Source: Pyrinomonadaceae bacterium (GTDB lineage Bacteria > Acidobacteriota > Blastocatellia > Pyrinomonadales > Pyrinomonadaceae). From it: a stretch of 64,000 nucleotides of DNA. Positions 44,530 to 54,754 of this stretch are shown piece after piece. A program made the position numbers and the translations under genes. Location: NCBI GenBank assembly GCA_041751355.1, contig JBGSXN010000044.1, forward strand, positions 127-64,126. The letters run 5' to 3'. Within the stretch, counting starts at the first letter, position 1. Each line of letters opens with the position of its first letter. The notes beneath the pieces were generated by a model that was not told the DNA's origin, searched no databases, and worked only from the letters and a program-made list of their open reading frames with translations.

Positions 44530-45414
44530 GTGTCCGTGTATCGAGTTTGTGTTATCGCCGTTTTCTCACCCTTTTTCTTCCTTATTTCTCCGGTCACATT
44601 AAACGCTCAGAACGCTCCTCCACTTGACAGATCCGCCGGTCGCGTCGAACCGGCGAAAAAGGCCAATTACAAGGATAAGGGGGCAGGACCGGTTGTCGTC
44701 GATAGTAAGGTCACGGCGAATGACCGGAAGCTCGGCGATCCCGTTTATCTCAATAATCTCGGGGCGGAACACACTGCCCACAATAGACATGACGATGCTC
44801 TTAAGGCATTTAAAGCGGCGGTCGAGTTGAAGCCCGACTTGTCGGCCGCGCACGTAAACCTCAACATTACTTACGAGCGTTTAGGTAGATTAAAAGAAGC
44901 ATTGCCGCCTGCGCGCCGGGGTGTAGAGTTAGCTCCCCAAGACGTCAGGGCACGAACCCAGCTCTGCGGTATCTTTTATATGCTCGATATCGACCGCGAG
45001 GCTTTGCGTTGTTATGAAACTCTCGACAAACTCAATCCGGACGATTCGGAGATACAGGCCCAGTTCGGTGCGGCCCTGATCCGAAACGGTGAGAATAAAA
45101 GAGCGATCCGGGTGCTCGAACAGGCTGTCGCCCGATCCCCTCTTCACGCCCAGGCGTACAATTCACTCGGGTTCGCTTATTTTAATCGGAAAAAATATCG
45201 TGAGGCTGCCGGGGCGTTCAAACGTGCCGTCGAGATCGATCCATCGTCGGTTAAGTTCAGATTTAACTTAGGCGTTTCTCAGGCTCTTTACAATAACAAG
45301 CCCGGCGCATTAAGCCAGTACAGGGCACTCAGAGAGCTCGATCCGGCCAGGGCCCGGCAAATTTACCGTCTCATTTACAGGGACAAACTGCTACACGTGG
45401 GTCCGCAAAGATAA
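44530..45414 (+). CDS. secreted TPR repeat protein
   Basis: GTG start preceded by AGGAGG, a signal peptide, and about 6 TPR units. Confidence 0.75.
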   Translation: MSVYRVCVIAVFSPFFFLISPVTLNAQNAPPLDRSAGRVEPAKKANYKDKGAGPVVVDSKVTANDRKLGDPVYLNNLGAEHTAHNRHDDALKAFKAAVELKPDLSAAHVNLNITYERLGRLKEALPPARRGVELAPQDVRARTQLCGIFYMLDIDREALRCYETLDKLNPDDSEIQAQFGAALIRNGENKRAIRVLEQAVARSPLHAQAYNSLGFAYFNRKKYREAAGAFKRAVEIDPSSVKFRFNLGVSQALYNNKPGALSQYRALRELDPARARQIYRLIYRDKLLHVGPQR

Positions 45415-45603
45415 CGGTTCACGGAAATCTGAAAATCTTCGGCCGAAACTCTCCGTGCCAAAGCTGAAAATTTACTTGACAGCTGTCCCGAGTTTGCAAG
45501 ATAATGCTGGAAATCATTTTTCAGTAACATCCCTGGGACTCGGCAGCCGTGTTTTTTCGAGTTTGCCGTTTCTCAATAACCCACAGCAAACGGAGATCCC
45601 ATA

Positions 45604-46266
45604 ATGATAAAACAACTACTTCTACTACTTTCACTTTCACTATTGCTGACTTCGGCGAGTATTGCGCAGGGCCCCGATACTGCAAAGGCTTCAACCTCGA
45701 CGTCGAGCACTAAATCAACCAAACGGGCACCGGTCTTCCGGCCAACAAAAGACCAGATCATACAGGTCCAACTTAAACTGAAGGAAAAACAGCTCTATTC
45801 CGGCGATGCGGATGGTAAATATAACACTGAGACGCGGACGGGGATCAAGAGCATGCAGAAGGACAACGGCCTTAAGCAGACTGGAACCCTGAACCGGGCG
45901 ACCCTCGAAAAGTTCGAAGTTGAACTAACCGAGTCGCAAAAACTAATTCCGATCTCGGCTAATTCTTACGCGTCAGCCGAAACCGAAAAAAGCTCCTCGA
46001 AATCCAAGTCAAAGAAGATAATATTTCGAGCAACGGTCGATCAGATCAAATCCGCTCAGCGAATGCTAAAGGAAAAAGCGATGTACAGCGGTGACGAAAC
46101 CGGTAAACTAAATAACGACACCCGAGCCGCCCTCAAGAAGTTTCAGGACGAGAACGGCGTCAAGGTTACGGGCACATTGAACGCGATCACTCTTGAAAAG
46201 ATGGGCATTCCGCTCACCGATAAACAAAAGGCCGATGCCGCGGCAATGGCCAGCGTCGATAACTAA
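45604..46266 (+). CDS. secreted protein with two peptidoglycan-binding (PG_binding_1) domains
   Basis: Two copies of Q..LKEK.LYSGD..GK.N..TR..IK..Q.DNGLK.TG.LN..TLEK. Confidence 0.75.
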   Translation: MIKQLLLLLSLSLLLTSASIAQGPDTAKASTSTSSTKSTKRAPVFRPTKDQIIQVQLKLKEKQLYSGDADGKYNTETRTGIKSMQKDNGLKQTGTLNRATLEKFEVELTESQKLIPISANSYASAETEKSSSKSKSKKIIFRATVDQIKSAQRMLKEKAMYSGDETGKLNNDTRAALKKFQDENGVKVTGTLNAITLEKMGIPLTDKQKADAAAMASVDN

Positions 46267-46290
46267 ACGTACTCCGCACACGCGAATTGT

Positions 46291-46319
46291 GGCCGGTGAT
46301 GGGTTCACCGGCCTTTTTC
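46291..46319 (+). terminator. rho-independent terminator
   Basis: GGCCGGTGA-TGGGT-TCACCGGCC followed by TTTTT. Confidence 0.65.
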
Positions 46320-46354
46320 TGCCGAATTTGGATGCGATCATGGCAGGTACCTCT

Positions 46355-46795
46355 ATGAAAATAATAATTGCTCTAGTTCTTACGATGTTTGCGACAGCAG
46401 CGATTTCGGGCCAGTCAGACAGCAAACGAGCAAAGATATCCGCCGAGATCCGAAAAGTGATGGACGATCAAAGCTCGGCTTGGAATCGCGGCGATATCGA
46501 GGGTTTCATGAAGGGCTATTGGCGCTCTGAGAACCTCGTGTTCATATCAGGTGACAATGTTACGCGCGGATGGCAGCCCACACTTGACCGGTATAAGAAA
46601 AGCTACGACACGCGAGATAAGATGGGCACTTTGAACTTCTCAGACTTGGAATTAACTGTACTTTCAAAGGACGCCGCCGTGGTCCTGGGCAGTTGGGAAC
46701 TAAAGCGCGAGAAAGACAATCCGAAAGGTAAATTCACACTGACGTTTCGAAAGCTAAAGGAAGGTTGGCGGATCGTTATGGACCATACCTCCTGA
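46355..46795 (+). CDS. secreted NTF2-like (DUF4440/YybH-like) protein
   Basis: ATG at 46355 (MKIIIALVLTMFATAAISGQ, a signal peptide), with an alternative at 46340. Shows SAWNRGDIEGFMKGYW. Confidence 0.6.
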   Translation: MKIIIALVLTMFATAAISGQSDSKRAKISAEIRKVMDDQSSAWNRGDIEGFMKGYWRSENLVFISGDNVTRGWQPTLDRYKKSYDTRDKMGTLNFSDLELTVLSKDAAVVLGSWELKREKDNPKGKFTLTFRKLKEGWRIVMDHTS

Positions 46796-46935
46796 CACAA
46801 CCGGCGAACGGGGAAGTTTTCAGATCGCCATCTCGCATTCCTCGCAAAGCCTTAACCCCGTCGACCCGCGGCATCGGGCCGAAATGCTGGCCCGGGTTGA
46901 TCCCACGCGTTCGAGCGACTATATTGGGGAGAATA

Positions 46936-48903
46936 ATGAGAAAGGTCATCCTTTGTTCGCTACTGATCGCCTTCGCGATTCTAAGTTCAGCCTCGGCCCA
47001 GCCGTATACGATCCAGCAGTATCTGAGTATCAAATCTGCCGGCTCGCCGACATTCGCACCGGACGGCAAGTCAATTGCGTATCTGACAAATGCCACCGGC
47101 ACATCGCAGATATGGTCCAAGACCCTGCCGAACGGCGAGCCTAAACAGATTACCAATTACGAAGACAACGTCGGGTTTGTCCGTTGGCTTCCCGACGCAA
47201 GCGGCCTGATATTCGGTAAGGCTCGGGGCGGCGACGAGAACACCCAGTTTTTCTGGATGAAACCTGACGGTTCAGGTGTGCGGGAATTAACAAATGATCC
47301 GCGGGTTCGACACAATTTCGGCGAGGTCTCACCGGACGGCAAGACCATTTATTACGCGTCGAACAAACGCAACCGTAACTATTTTGACATTTACCGGATG
47401 GACGTCGCTTCGGGCAAAGAGGAGTTGATCTATCAATTCGACAGCAACAACAGCGTTGCGGCGGTCGATGCGACAGGCAATAAGCTGATCGTGTCGCGTT
47501 CTGGCGGCGAGCTTTCGCTGGATAACAATCTGTTCCTCGTCGATGTTAAAACTAAGAAAGAAACGCTGCTGACACCGCACGAGGGCTCGGCACAGTTTGG
47601 CGCCGTTAGCTTTTTGCCGGACGGCAAATCGCTGCTTTTCGCACACAACGACAATCGGGAATTTTACAGCCTTACAAATATGCGGCTTCGCAACGCCGCT
47701 AGAACGGACGATTGGAGCGAGGCGAACCGGATGATCCGGGTTCTCGACGACACGCCATGGGACGTGAGCGGGATCACTCTGCCCGATTCGGCCCGGCGAT
47801 TTGCCTATGTTCTCAATCGCGACGGGTTTTCCGAGCTTTCAGTTAACGAGATCGAGACCGATGGAAAGCCGCTGATCACGACGTTTCTCAACAAGAAGAC
47901 AAAAGTTGATCTTTCGGCACAGGGCATAGTCGGCGGCGTTACTTTCTCAAGCGATCAAACTAAGCTGGCATTTTCGTTCAGCTCATCCAAACACAACGGC
48001 GACATCTGGATATACGAAATTGACTCGAAAAAGCTTTCGCAGGTCACGCAAAGTGACCGTGCCGGTATCGATCCGAATACGTTCGTTTCACCCGAGTTGA
48101 TCAAATTTAAAACATTTGACGGACGCGATATCCCGGCGTGGTATTACAGGCCGGAGATTCGAGTAGCCACTCGTAGCGGCAGCCTTGGCTGGGTTGTCGG
48201 CAAGTTAGGCGTAAGCAGCAATCTCGCCGTTATCGTATCTGTTCACGGCGGGCCCGAAGGGCAATCGCGGCCCGGATTCAATCCGCTGTTTCAGTATTAT
48301 CTATCACGCGGTTATGCCGTTCTCGATCCGAATGTCCGGGGTTCGACCGGATACGGAAAGACCTACTCACATCTCGATGACGTAGAGAAACGCGAAGATT
48401 CGGTCAAGGACCTCGCGGCGGCCCATGAATGGCTGATCAAAAACGGCGGTGCCGACCCGAAACGCATCGCCGTGATGGGCGGCAGCTATGGCGGGTATAT
48501 GACGATGGCGGCGATCACGCTTTACCCCGACCTGTGGGCTGCAGCGGTTAATACGGTCGGCATTGTGAATTGGGAAACCTTCCTCCAGAACACCTCGGGC
48601 TATCGACGCCGTCAGCGGGAGGTCGAATACGGCCACCTCGACCGCGACATCGATTTTCTCCGCCGCATCTCGCCGATCCGCAAGGTCGATAAGATCAAGA
48701 CACCGCTGTTTGTTATTCACGGTAAGAACGATCCGCGTGTCCCTTACACCGAGGCGGAGCAATTAGTCGAGGCGTTGATAAAACGCAATGTAAGTGTCGA
48801 ATACAAACTCTTCGATGACGAGGGCCATGGTATCTCAAAACTAAAAAACCGGCTCGAGCTATATCCGCTCGTCGCCGATTTTCTCGATAAGCATATGAAG
48901 TAA
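46936..48903 (+). CDS. secreted S9 family peptidase (prolyl oligopeptidase/DPP type) with beta-propeller
   Basis: Starts at the ATG at 46936 and has a signal peptide. Has a TolB-like propeller (SPDGK repeats), the catalytic GGSYGGYM, and HGKNDPRV. Confidence 0.85.
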   Translation: MRKVILCSLLIAFAILSSASAQPYTIQQYLSIKSAGSPTFAPDGKSIAYLTNATGTSQIWSKTLPNGEPKQITNYEDNVGFVRWLPDASGLIFGKARGGDENTQFFWMKPDGSGVRELTNDPRVRHNFGEVSPDGKTIYYASNKRNRNYFDIYRMDVASGKEELIYQFDSNNSVAAVDATGNKLIVSRSGGELSLDNNLFLVDVKTKKETLLTPHEGSAQFGAVSFLPDGKSLLFAHNDNREFYSLTNMRLRNAARTDDWSEANRMIRVLDDTPWDVSGITLPDSARRFAYVLNRDGFSELSVNEIETDGKPLITTFLNKKTKVDLSAQGIVGGVTFSSDQTKLAFSFSSSKHNGDIWIYEIDSKKLSQVTQSDRAGIDPNTFVSPELIKFKTFDGRDIPAWYYRPEIRVATRSGSLGWVVGKLGVSSNLAVIVSVHGGPEGQSRPGFNPLFQYYLSRGYAVLDPNVRGSTGYGKTYSHLDDVEKREDSVKDLAAAHEWLIKNGGADPKRIAVMGGSYGGYMTMAAITLYPDLWAAAVNTVGIVNWETFLQNTSGYRRRQREVEYGHLDRDIDFLRRISPIRKVDKIKTPLFVIHGKNDPRVPYTEAEQLVEALIKRNVSVEYKLFDDEGHGISKLKNRLELYPLVADFLDKHMK

Positions 48904-48980
48904 TGCTTTTACTGCTTCCATCGTTGGGTGGAGGTGACCGGCTCAGGCCGTTGTCCGCGGCCCAAGAGCGAGAAAGTGGA

Positions 48981-50060
48981 TTAGATCTCAATTAGACTTC
49001 CTGACTTACTCGACTCGCGTGCGGCATCCAGAACTTTTTGAACCGTCACGCCGTCCTCAAACGTCGCGGCGAATTCAATATCAAAATTCCCTGTCCGGAT
49101 CGCTTGGACGATCTTGGGGGCAAATGCCATAAACCCGCTCGGGAATCCGGACTCCGGCACTCCTTCGATGCCGGTGGGAAACTCGACATCGATCGTCGTC
49201 CATTCGCTCTCGCCTCGTTTCGCGATGTACACGTCACCACGATGATCGACCCGCAGCCAGCCTTTTGTGCCGATAAATTCGATCCGGTTCACATATTCCG
49301 GCCCTTCGACCATCGAGACCGAAACAAGTCCGGTCGCATCGTCAGTCATTTTGCTGTCTTCGAACCGCAGCAGCATATTCGCCTCGTCGTCAGTAGTAAC
49401 CTCGCGATAATCGTCGCCATACGGCCTCTGTTTAATGTGTGTTTGCAGCTGGCAGAAGACCGACGAGATCTCGGATTCCAGGAACCAATGGAACGAATCG
49501 ATCACGTGCGAATTGATCGCACCGAGAGCGCCGCCGCCGGCCTTTTCATCCGACCACCAATTCCACTCCTGCGTCGGGTCGCCGCGATGCGGTGCTTGTA
49601 AAATGTATTTCGCGTGCTGAATTTTTCCGATCGCGCCGTTATGCAGCATCGCCTTAGCTGTTTGCCGCCCCGGCAGAAAGCGCAGTTCGTGGTCGATCAA
49701 TGCAAGAACACCGCCAGCGTCCGCCGCATCTTTCATCTCCTCAGCTTCAGCTACGTTCATCGCCATCGGCTTTTCACAGAGGACATGCCTGCCGTGCTCA
49801 ATAGCGAAGAGCGTCATTTCCCTATGAAGCCGCGGCGGCGTGGTGATACAGACAAGATCGATGTCGGGATGGGTCACGGTCTCACGCCAGTCGGCGGAAA
49901 AATGTTCGATTCCGAATTCCTCAGCTGTGGCCCTGGCGTTCTCAACACTACCGCTCGATACCGAGACGATGCGGCTGCCCTCACACGCCCGAAACGCCGG
50001 GATCTGAACCCGACGGGCAAAACCTGTTCCGATAAATCCTATCCCAACTGTATCTCTCAT
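48981..50060 (-). CDS. Gfo/Idh/MocA family oxidoreductase
   Basis: IGFIGTGFARRVQIPAF...EKPMA. Confidence 0.85.
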   Translation of the reverse strand: MRDTVGIGFIGTGFARRVQIPAFRACEGSRIVSVSSGSVENARATAEEFGIEHFSADWRETVTHPDIDLVCITTPPRLHREMTLFAIEHGRHVLCEKPMAMNVAEAEEMKDAADAGGVLALIDHELRFLPGRQTAKAMLHNGAIGKIQHAKYILQAPHRGDPTQEWNWWSDEKAGGGALGAINSHVIDSFHWFLESEISSVFCQLQTHIKQRPYGDDYREVTTDDEANMLLRFEDSKMTDDATGLVSVSMVEGPEYVNRIEFIGTKGWLRVDHRGDVYIAKRGESEWTTIDVEFPTGIEGVPESGFPSGFMAFAPKIVQAIRTGNFDIEFAATFEDGVTVQKVLDAARESSKSGSLIEI

Positions 50061-50147
50061 ACGGATATTCTACCCGGAAGATCCGCCTAAATTGAAAAAC
50101 GACCGCCTTCGCAGACAGCCGTTTTAGGAATTTTTGTTGAGTGTCGG

Positions 50148-50615
50148 CTAGTCAATGCCAAGTTCAAGGCTCGCGGTGGCACTTCTTGCACCTAAATTCC
50201 GCCGTTTCAGAAACGCCTCGTAATTTTCCCTGTCAGCACCTTCCAGGCTGGTAATGTGAGCTCCGACAAGGAATCGTTCGGTAGAAATATGCACCCCAAC
50301 CTTTTCATATCTGCATCCGATCGCCTTCATTTGTATCTTACCGGTCGGAAGATCGATCTCGATGTTCAGGCTTCGCTCTTGGCCGACCAAATATTTTTCT
50401 TTCAGACGTATCGCCGGCACTAGAAATCCGACGCCGGTCCGGCTAATGTCAAGCGTTTCGCCAAAAATGCATGCGGCCCTGGCCGACTGGCGGGCCAGTT
50501 CGGTGTTCGAATCGGGGTCAAACCAAACCTTCATCACGGCGGCGTGCCGGCGGCGTGGAGCGATGGAACGGTCCGACCAGGAGCGATTAAGTTTGCTTAT
50601 CAGCTCTCTTATCAT
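50148..50615 (-). CDS. PilZ domain protein
   Basis: DISRTGVGF fits the DxSxxG motif, and there is a basic N-terminal stretch (PRRRH). The exact RxxxR motif is not obvious. Confidence 0.5.
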   Translation of the reverse strand: MIRELISKLNRSWSDRSIAPRRRHAAVMKVWFDPDSNTELARQSARAACIFGETLDISRTGVGFLVPAIRLKEKYLVGQERSLNIEIDLPTGKIQMKAIGCRYEKVGVHISTERFLVGAHITSLEGADRENYEAFLKRRNLGARSATASLELGID

Positions 50616-50710
50616 CTTGGGTTGCCCTGTGGAAAACTTTCGGGATGCGTCATTTATATCCTTATTTCAAAACAAATGCAATGGTTAACCTGAAAAAATT
50701 AAGAAGTTCG

Positions 50711-51604
50711 TTACTTAACAAATGCCTTTCCGCCATTATCGCGGCTGCTGACGCGGGAAATTCCCTTTTCATCCAATTGCAGCAAGAATGACAGCTTTCC
50801 GCTGCGGCCGTAAACAGCCGGCGTGGCCGAAGCTGTATACCGCCTTTTGTCGGCGGCCAGGTTGACGCTGTAGTTATAACCGGTGCTCTGACTCGATCTG
50901 ATATCGTCAGGCAGCAGTCCGGCGGAAACCAGCGTGTCAATATCTGTGAAAGCACCGCCATTCTGCAGGGAATGTACAAGCTGGGCCTTGGATATGCGTT
51001 CGAGCATCTTGCGAGCCTCTTCCTCATGCGTAGCGATTCGAAGGCTGTAAAAGTAATTCTTTCCCTCTTTCCTGATCCGATCCTCTGCGCCGGGATCGAC
51101 TGTAAGAATTATCCAAACATCATTCTGCCTTTTTAATTTGATCGTCTGAATGTCATTTTTGTCACTGTCCGGCGATGGTAGGTTCGCGGTCACGGTCGCG
51201 AGGTCGTTTGTGATGATCTCGCCATTGATCTCGATCTCGGTAGGCACCTGGCCGGCTATAGCCTCGAAATCAAGGGCAAAGTCCTTCAATTCCGTATCTG
51301 TCAGCCCCTCGATCGCGGGCCTGAGATTGGTCAGAAAGATCGCCTCGCGAAATTTTTTCTCACGCAGGAGTTTGTAAAAAACCCGCACAGTATCAGCCGG
51401 GCCATGGGGTTCAATATCGATGGTCGCACCTTTTGAGGTTTCGGCCGTCAAATTAGCCGCAGCCGCCTGATTTGAAACAGCTGCCGGATCAGCATTTGCT
51501 GACGTTATTGGTTCCGCAACAGAACACCCGCCGATAAAAACAAGAGAGATGAGAACGAGTAGTAGAGACAGTCTGCGATTTACCAATATTTGCGGATGCA
51601 GCAT
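50711..51604 (-). CDS. lipoprotein, unknown function
   Basis: I prefer the ATG at 51602-51604 (MLHPQILVNRRLSLLLVLISLVFIGGC, a lipobox). Confidence 0.5.
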   Translation of the reverse strand: MLHPQILVNRRLSLLLVLISLVFIGGCSVAEPITSANADPAAVSNQAAAANLTAETSKGATIDIEPHGPADTVRVFYKLLREKKFREAIFLTNLRPAIEGLTDTELKDFALDFEAIAGQVPTEIEINGEIITNDLATVTANLPSPDSDKNDIQTIKLKRQNDVWIILTVDPGAEDRIRKEGKNYFYSLRIATHEEEARKMLERISKAQLVHSLQNGGAFTDIDTLVSAGLLPDDIRSSQSTGYNYSVNLAADKRRYTASATPAVYGRSGKLSFLLQLDEKGISRVSSRDNGGKAFVK

Positions 51605-51823
51605 TGCAAAAATGATCGAAGCCAAATTACCGAGTGGACCGACGTTCGAAGAATGTGAGCGACACGCCTTAAAGGCATTATAGCGTGTCGTGCACAAACA
51701 AGTAAAACATTTTTATTGCGATCCTTCAGGGATTCATCGTTGGTGGCGGCTCGCCCTCTTCGTTTGGTGCTGTGCCTCGCATCAATCGCTCGCGGCCAAT
51801 TAAATACAGGAATATGGCCAAGG

Positions 51824-52009
51824 CTATAAACGGCAGGTCGCCAGCAGGTCGGCATACGATCCTTCATAAAATGGATTGGCCGCCACGGCGAGCTTATTAA
51901 AGTTATCGATATCGCCAAAATAAACAGCCGAAAGCGCGATCAAAATTCCCGCCAGAGCTCCGCCCGCTATATAGCCCGATGCCAGAAGAACGCCGGAACC
52001 GTTCTGCAA
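51824..52009 (-). pseudogene. C-terminal fragment of an OPT-family oligopeptide transporter-like gene
   Basis: The 61 codons are preceded only by a TTG. GVLLASGYIAGGALAGILIALSAV resembles the last TM helix of OPT transporters. There is no upstream continuation in any frame. Confidence 0.4.
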
Positions 52010-52139
52010 GGAATGTACATCTCATCATGATGCGATTCAACCGCTGAGACGCAAAGAGGCAGAGGAAACCAAGATAGATTACAGAGTGACTTCGCCTATG
52101 TTAAATTGATGTCATCCAGTTCTCATTTCGAAACAACCT

Positions 52140-54575
52140 ATGAATATTTCATCTACCATCTCCGCGTCTCTGCGTCTTTGCGGTTTACTTGCTGTTCTAA
52201 CTGTCGTCGTCGCCGCTCAAACGACCATTCAGGCCCCCAAGGATGTGCTAGGCTTTACGCCCGGCGATGACCGCAAGCTCGCAAGCTGGGCGCAGGTGGT
52301 CGATTACTTCAAAAAGCTCGACGCGGCCAGCGACCGGATGGTCTTCGAAGAGATCGGCAAGTCAACGATGGGGGCTCCGTTTGTTTACGCAACCGTCAGT
52401 TCGCCCCAGAATCTGAAAAACCTCAAGAAATACAGAGATATCAACGACAAACTCGCCGATCCCCGCAAACTGACTGGAGGGCAAGCATCCCTGCTTGCCA
52501 GAGACGCTGCCGCGAAAAAACTCATCTCACAGGGCAAGACCATCGTCCTCATAACCTTCGGCATTCATTCGACCGAGGTCGGCTCGACGCTCTCGTCCAT
52601 GCTCATCGCTCATCAACTGCTCTCCCGCAACGATGCCGAGATCAAAAAGATCCTCGACAACACGATCATCCTGCTGGTGCCTTCGCTCAACCCCGACGGC
52701 GTGGATATCGTCAAAAACTGGTACGACAAAACGCTCGGCACGCCGTACGAAGGCACGACGCCGCCTGAGCTTTATCACAAATACGTCGGTCACGATAACA
52801 ACCGCGACTGGTACGCCTTCACACAGGTCGAGACGCAGCTGACTGTCGATAAGATCCATAACGTCTGGCATCCGCAAATCGTGCTCGACGTGCATCAGCA
52901 GGGCATCAACGGCGCCCGTCAATTTCTGCCACCGTATATGCCGCCCGTCGAGCCGAACGTGCCCAAACAGATCGTTGAGGGCTTTACCGAACTCGGCACT
53001 TACATGGCGAACGACCTTCGCAAAAAAGGGCTCGAAGGCATAACTACCAACACCACCTACGACGCCTGGACCCCGGCCCGCGCCTATTCGCATTACCACG
53101 GCGGCGTGCGGATCCTGAGCGAAACCGCCTCGGCCCGCCTCGCCTCTCCGATCACCGTTAAGTTCGAAGACCTCCGCGGAGCCTCCGGCGGCCTCGATGC
53201 CAAGGTCGCGTCCGACAAATTCGGCCCCGTATGGAAAGGCGGTGAATGGAAGCTGCGAAACATCACCGACTACATGACCGCCACCGCGTTTAGTTTGTTG
53301 GATCACGCAGCCGACAACCGCGAAAAATGGTTATCGAGATTTTATGAGATCGGAAAAGAGGCTGTCAGAAAACCTTCCGGACGGGAGCTGAGGGCTTTTA
53401 TCCTTCCGGCGATCAAGGGCCGAGAAGATGGCGGGGCCACCGATGAGCATTTCCGCCAACAAACTCTTCAGGGGATTCTAACCCGAGGCGGACTGGAAAT
53501 GTACCTTCAGAAACGACCGATCAGAGTTTCAGGACGGGTTTTTGAAGCAGATTCTTATGTAATTCCTATGGATCAACCGTACGGTCGATTCGCAAAAGCC
53601 CTTCTTGAGGATCAGCGGTATCCCAATCTCCTCGGACCTGAAGGAAATCCGATCACGCCTTACGATGTTACGGCACACACCTTACCGCTTTTATTCAATG
53701 TCCAAGCCATAGCGGTGAATTCCGAAATAAAATTCGAGCGTCTAACTGTAGGAAGCGGCTTCGGCCGTGGGTGTAGTTGCGGCAGCATGGCTGGAATGAC
53801 CACACCGAGACTTTACAGGTCCAATATGCCCGTTATGGACGAAGGATGGACGCGCTGGATAATCGATACTGAAGATTGCCATGTTACTGGATGCCATCCG
53901 CCACGCTTTCCAATAAAGAACAGCGAAATACGCCAGAATAATCTTAAATCGATCAGTTCAATAGTTTTCCCCGACCAGCCCGCAAATCAGATCCTCAACG
54001 GCTACGCAAAAGGCTCGATGCCGGATGAGTACACGGGCGGGGTCGGAAAGGAAGGCGTTGAGAACCTGAAGAAATTTGTTGAGGCCGGCGGGAGGCTTGT
54101 TTTTCTAAACCGCTCGTCGCTTTTCGCGATCGAGCATTTCAACCTGCCGATCAAAAACGTGACCGCCGGGCTCGACCGCAAAGATTTCTACATCCCCGGC
54201 TCGATCCTCCGCACCGAGCTTGATATCAATCATCCTGTCGCAAGAAACATGCCTAGGGAATCGATCGCATGGTTCGAAAATTCACCCGCGTTCGAGATGA
54301 CCGGCGGCAAAGAGATAACGCCGGCAAACTCGCGAGGAGAATCAGTCGGCAGCGACGGTGAGATCTCGTATCGCATCATCGCCCGCTTCCCGTCCGACCC
54401 CAAGCAGATCCTCCTCTCCGGCTGGGCCCTCGGTCAGGATAAGATCGCCGGCAAGGCCGCCCTCGTCGAGGTATCGATGGGCAAAGGCAAGATCATCCTC
54501 TTCGGCTTCCGCCCGCAGTACCGCGGCCAAAGCCTGGCGACATTCCCGCTGCTATTCAATGCGATCTCGAATTAG
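52140..54575 (+). CDS. secreted M14 family metallocarboxypeptidase with large C-terminal extension
   Basis: Has a signal peptide, the zinc motif GIHSTEVG (HxxE), PSLNPDG, and HDNNRDW. Confidence 0.8.
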   Translation: MNISSTISASLRLCGLLAVLTVVVAAQTTIQAPKDVLGFTPGDDRKLASWAQVVDYFKKLDAASDRMVFEEIGKSTMGAPFVYATVSSPQNLKNLKKYRDINDKLADPRKLTGGQASLLARDAAAKKLISQGKTIVLITFGIHSTEVGSTLSSMLIAHQLLSRNDAEIKKILDNTIILLVPSLNPDGVDIVKNWYDKTLGTPYEGTTPPELYHKYVGHDNNRDWYAFTQVETQLTVDKIHNVWHPQIVLDVHQQGINGARQFLPPYMPPVEPNVPKQIVEGFTELGTYMANDLRKKGLEGITTNTTYDAWTPARAYSHYHGGVRILSETASARLASPITVKFEDLRGASGGLDAKVASDKFGPVWKGGEWKLRNITDYMTATAFSLLDHAADNREKWLSRFYEIGKEAVRKPSGRELRAFILPAIKGREDGGATDEHFRQQTLQGILTRGGLEMYLQKRPIRVSGRVFEADSYVIPMDQPYGRFAKALLEDQRYPNLLGPEGNPITPYDVTAHTLPLLFNVQAIAVNSEIKFERLTVGSGFGRGCSCGSMAGMTTPRLYRSNMPVMDEGWTRWIIDTEDCHVTGCHPPRFPIKNSEIRQNNLKSISSIVFPDQPANQILNGYAKGSMPDEYTGGVGKEGVENLKKFVEAGGRLVFLNRSSLFAIEHFNLPIKNVTAGLDRKDFYIPGSILRTELDINHPVARNMPRESIAWFENSPAFEMTGGKEITPANSRGESVGSDGEISYRIIARFPSDPKQILLSGWALGQDKIAGKAALVEVSMGKGKIILFGFRPQYRGQSLATFPLLFNAISN

Positions 54576-54696
54576 GCAGAAACACGACCGGTAGGGAGTG
54601 TGCCTCATCGGGTCTGACAAGCTTAGTCGAACACGATCGGGCCCGGGTCGCGGCCCGCAAGGGGCACACTCGCTACTGCTCGTGTTTCTGCCTTTT
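54575..54696 (+). repeat. 118-nt branched hairpin plus T4, terminator-like structured element
   Basis: The outer inverted repeat is a perfect 13 bp: GGCAGAAACACGA (54575-54587) / TCGTGTTTCTGCC (54680-54692). A second tier is GAGTGTGCC (54596-54604) / GGCACACTC (54663-54671). An inner CGGGCC...GGCCCG stem is present. TTTT follows the element, which starts on the last base of the M14 stop codon. Confidence 0.75.
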
Positions 54697-54754
54697 AGCC
54701 TTTCGTTGTATTATGTCTGCAATCATCTGATCGCGACCCGGAGACCCCTCGTAA

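Noticed and set aside
52527-53306. Long (259 aa) minus-strand ORF inside the M14 peptidase gene. Similar long antisense or alternate-frame ORFs occur at 61258-62094, 8295-8969, 43668-44327, 49038-49601, 40750-41268, 20126-20641, 56994-57494 and 5327-5830.
   Set aside because: All lie fully inside strongly supported genes on the other strand or frame. Their Arg/Gly/Pro/Ser-rich, low-complexity translations are typical of shadow ORFs, and none shows a recognisable motif.
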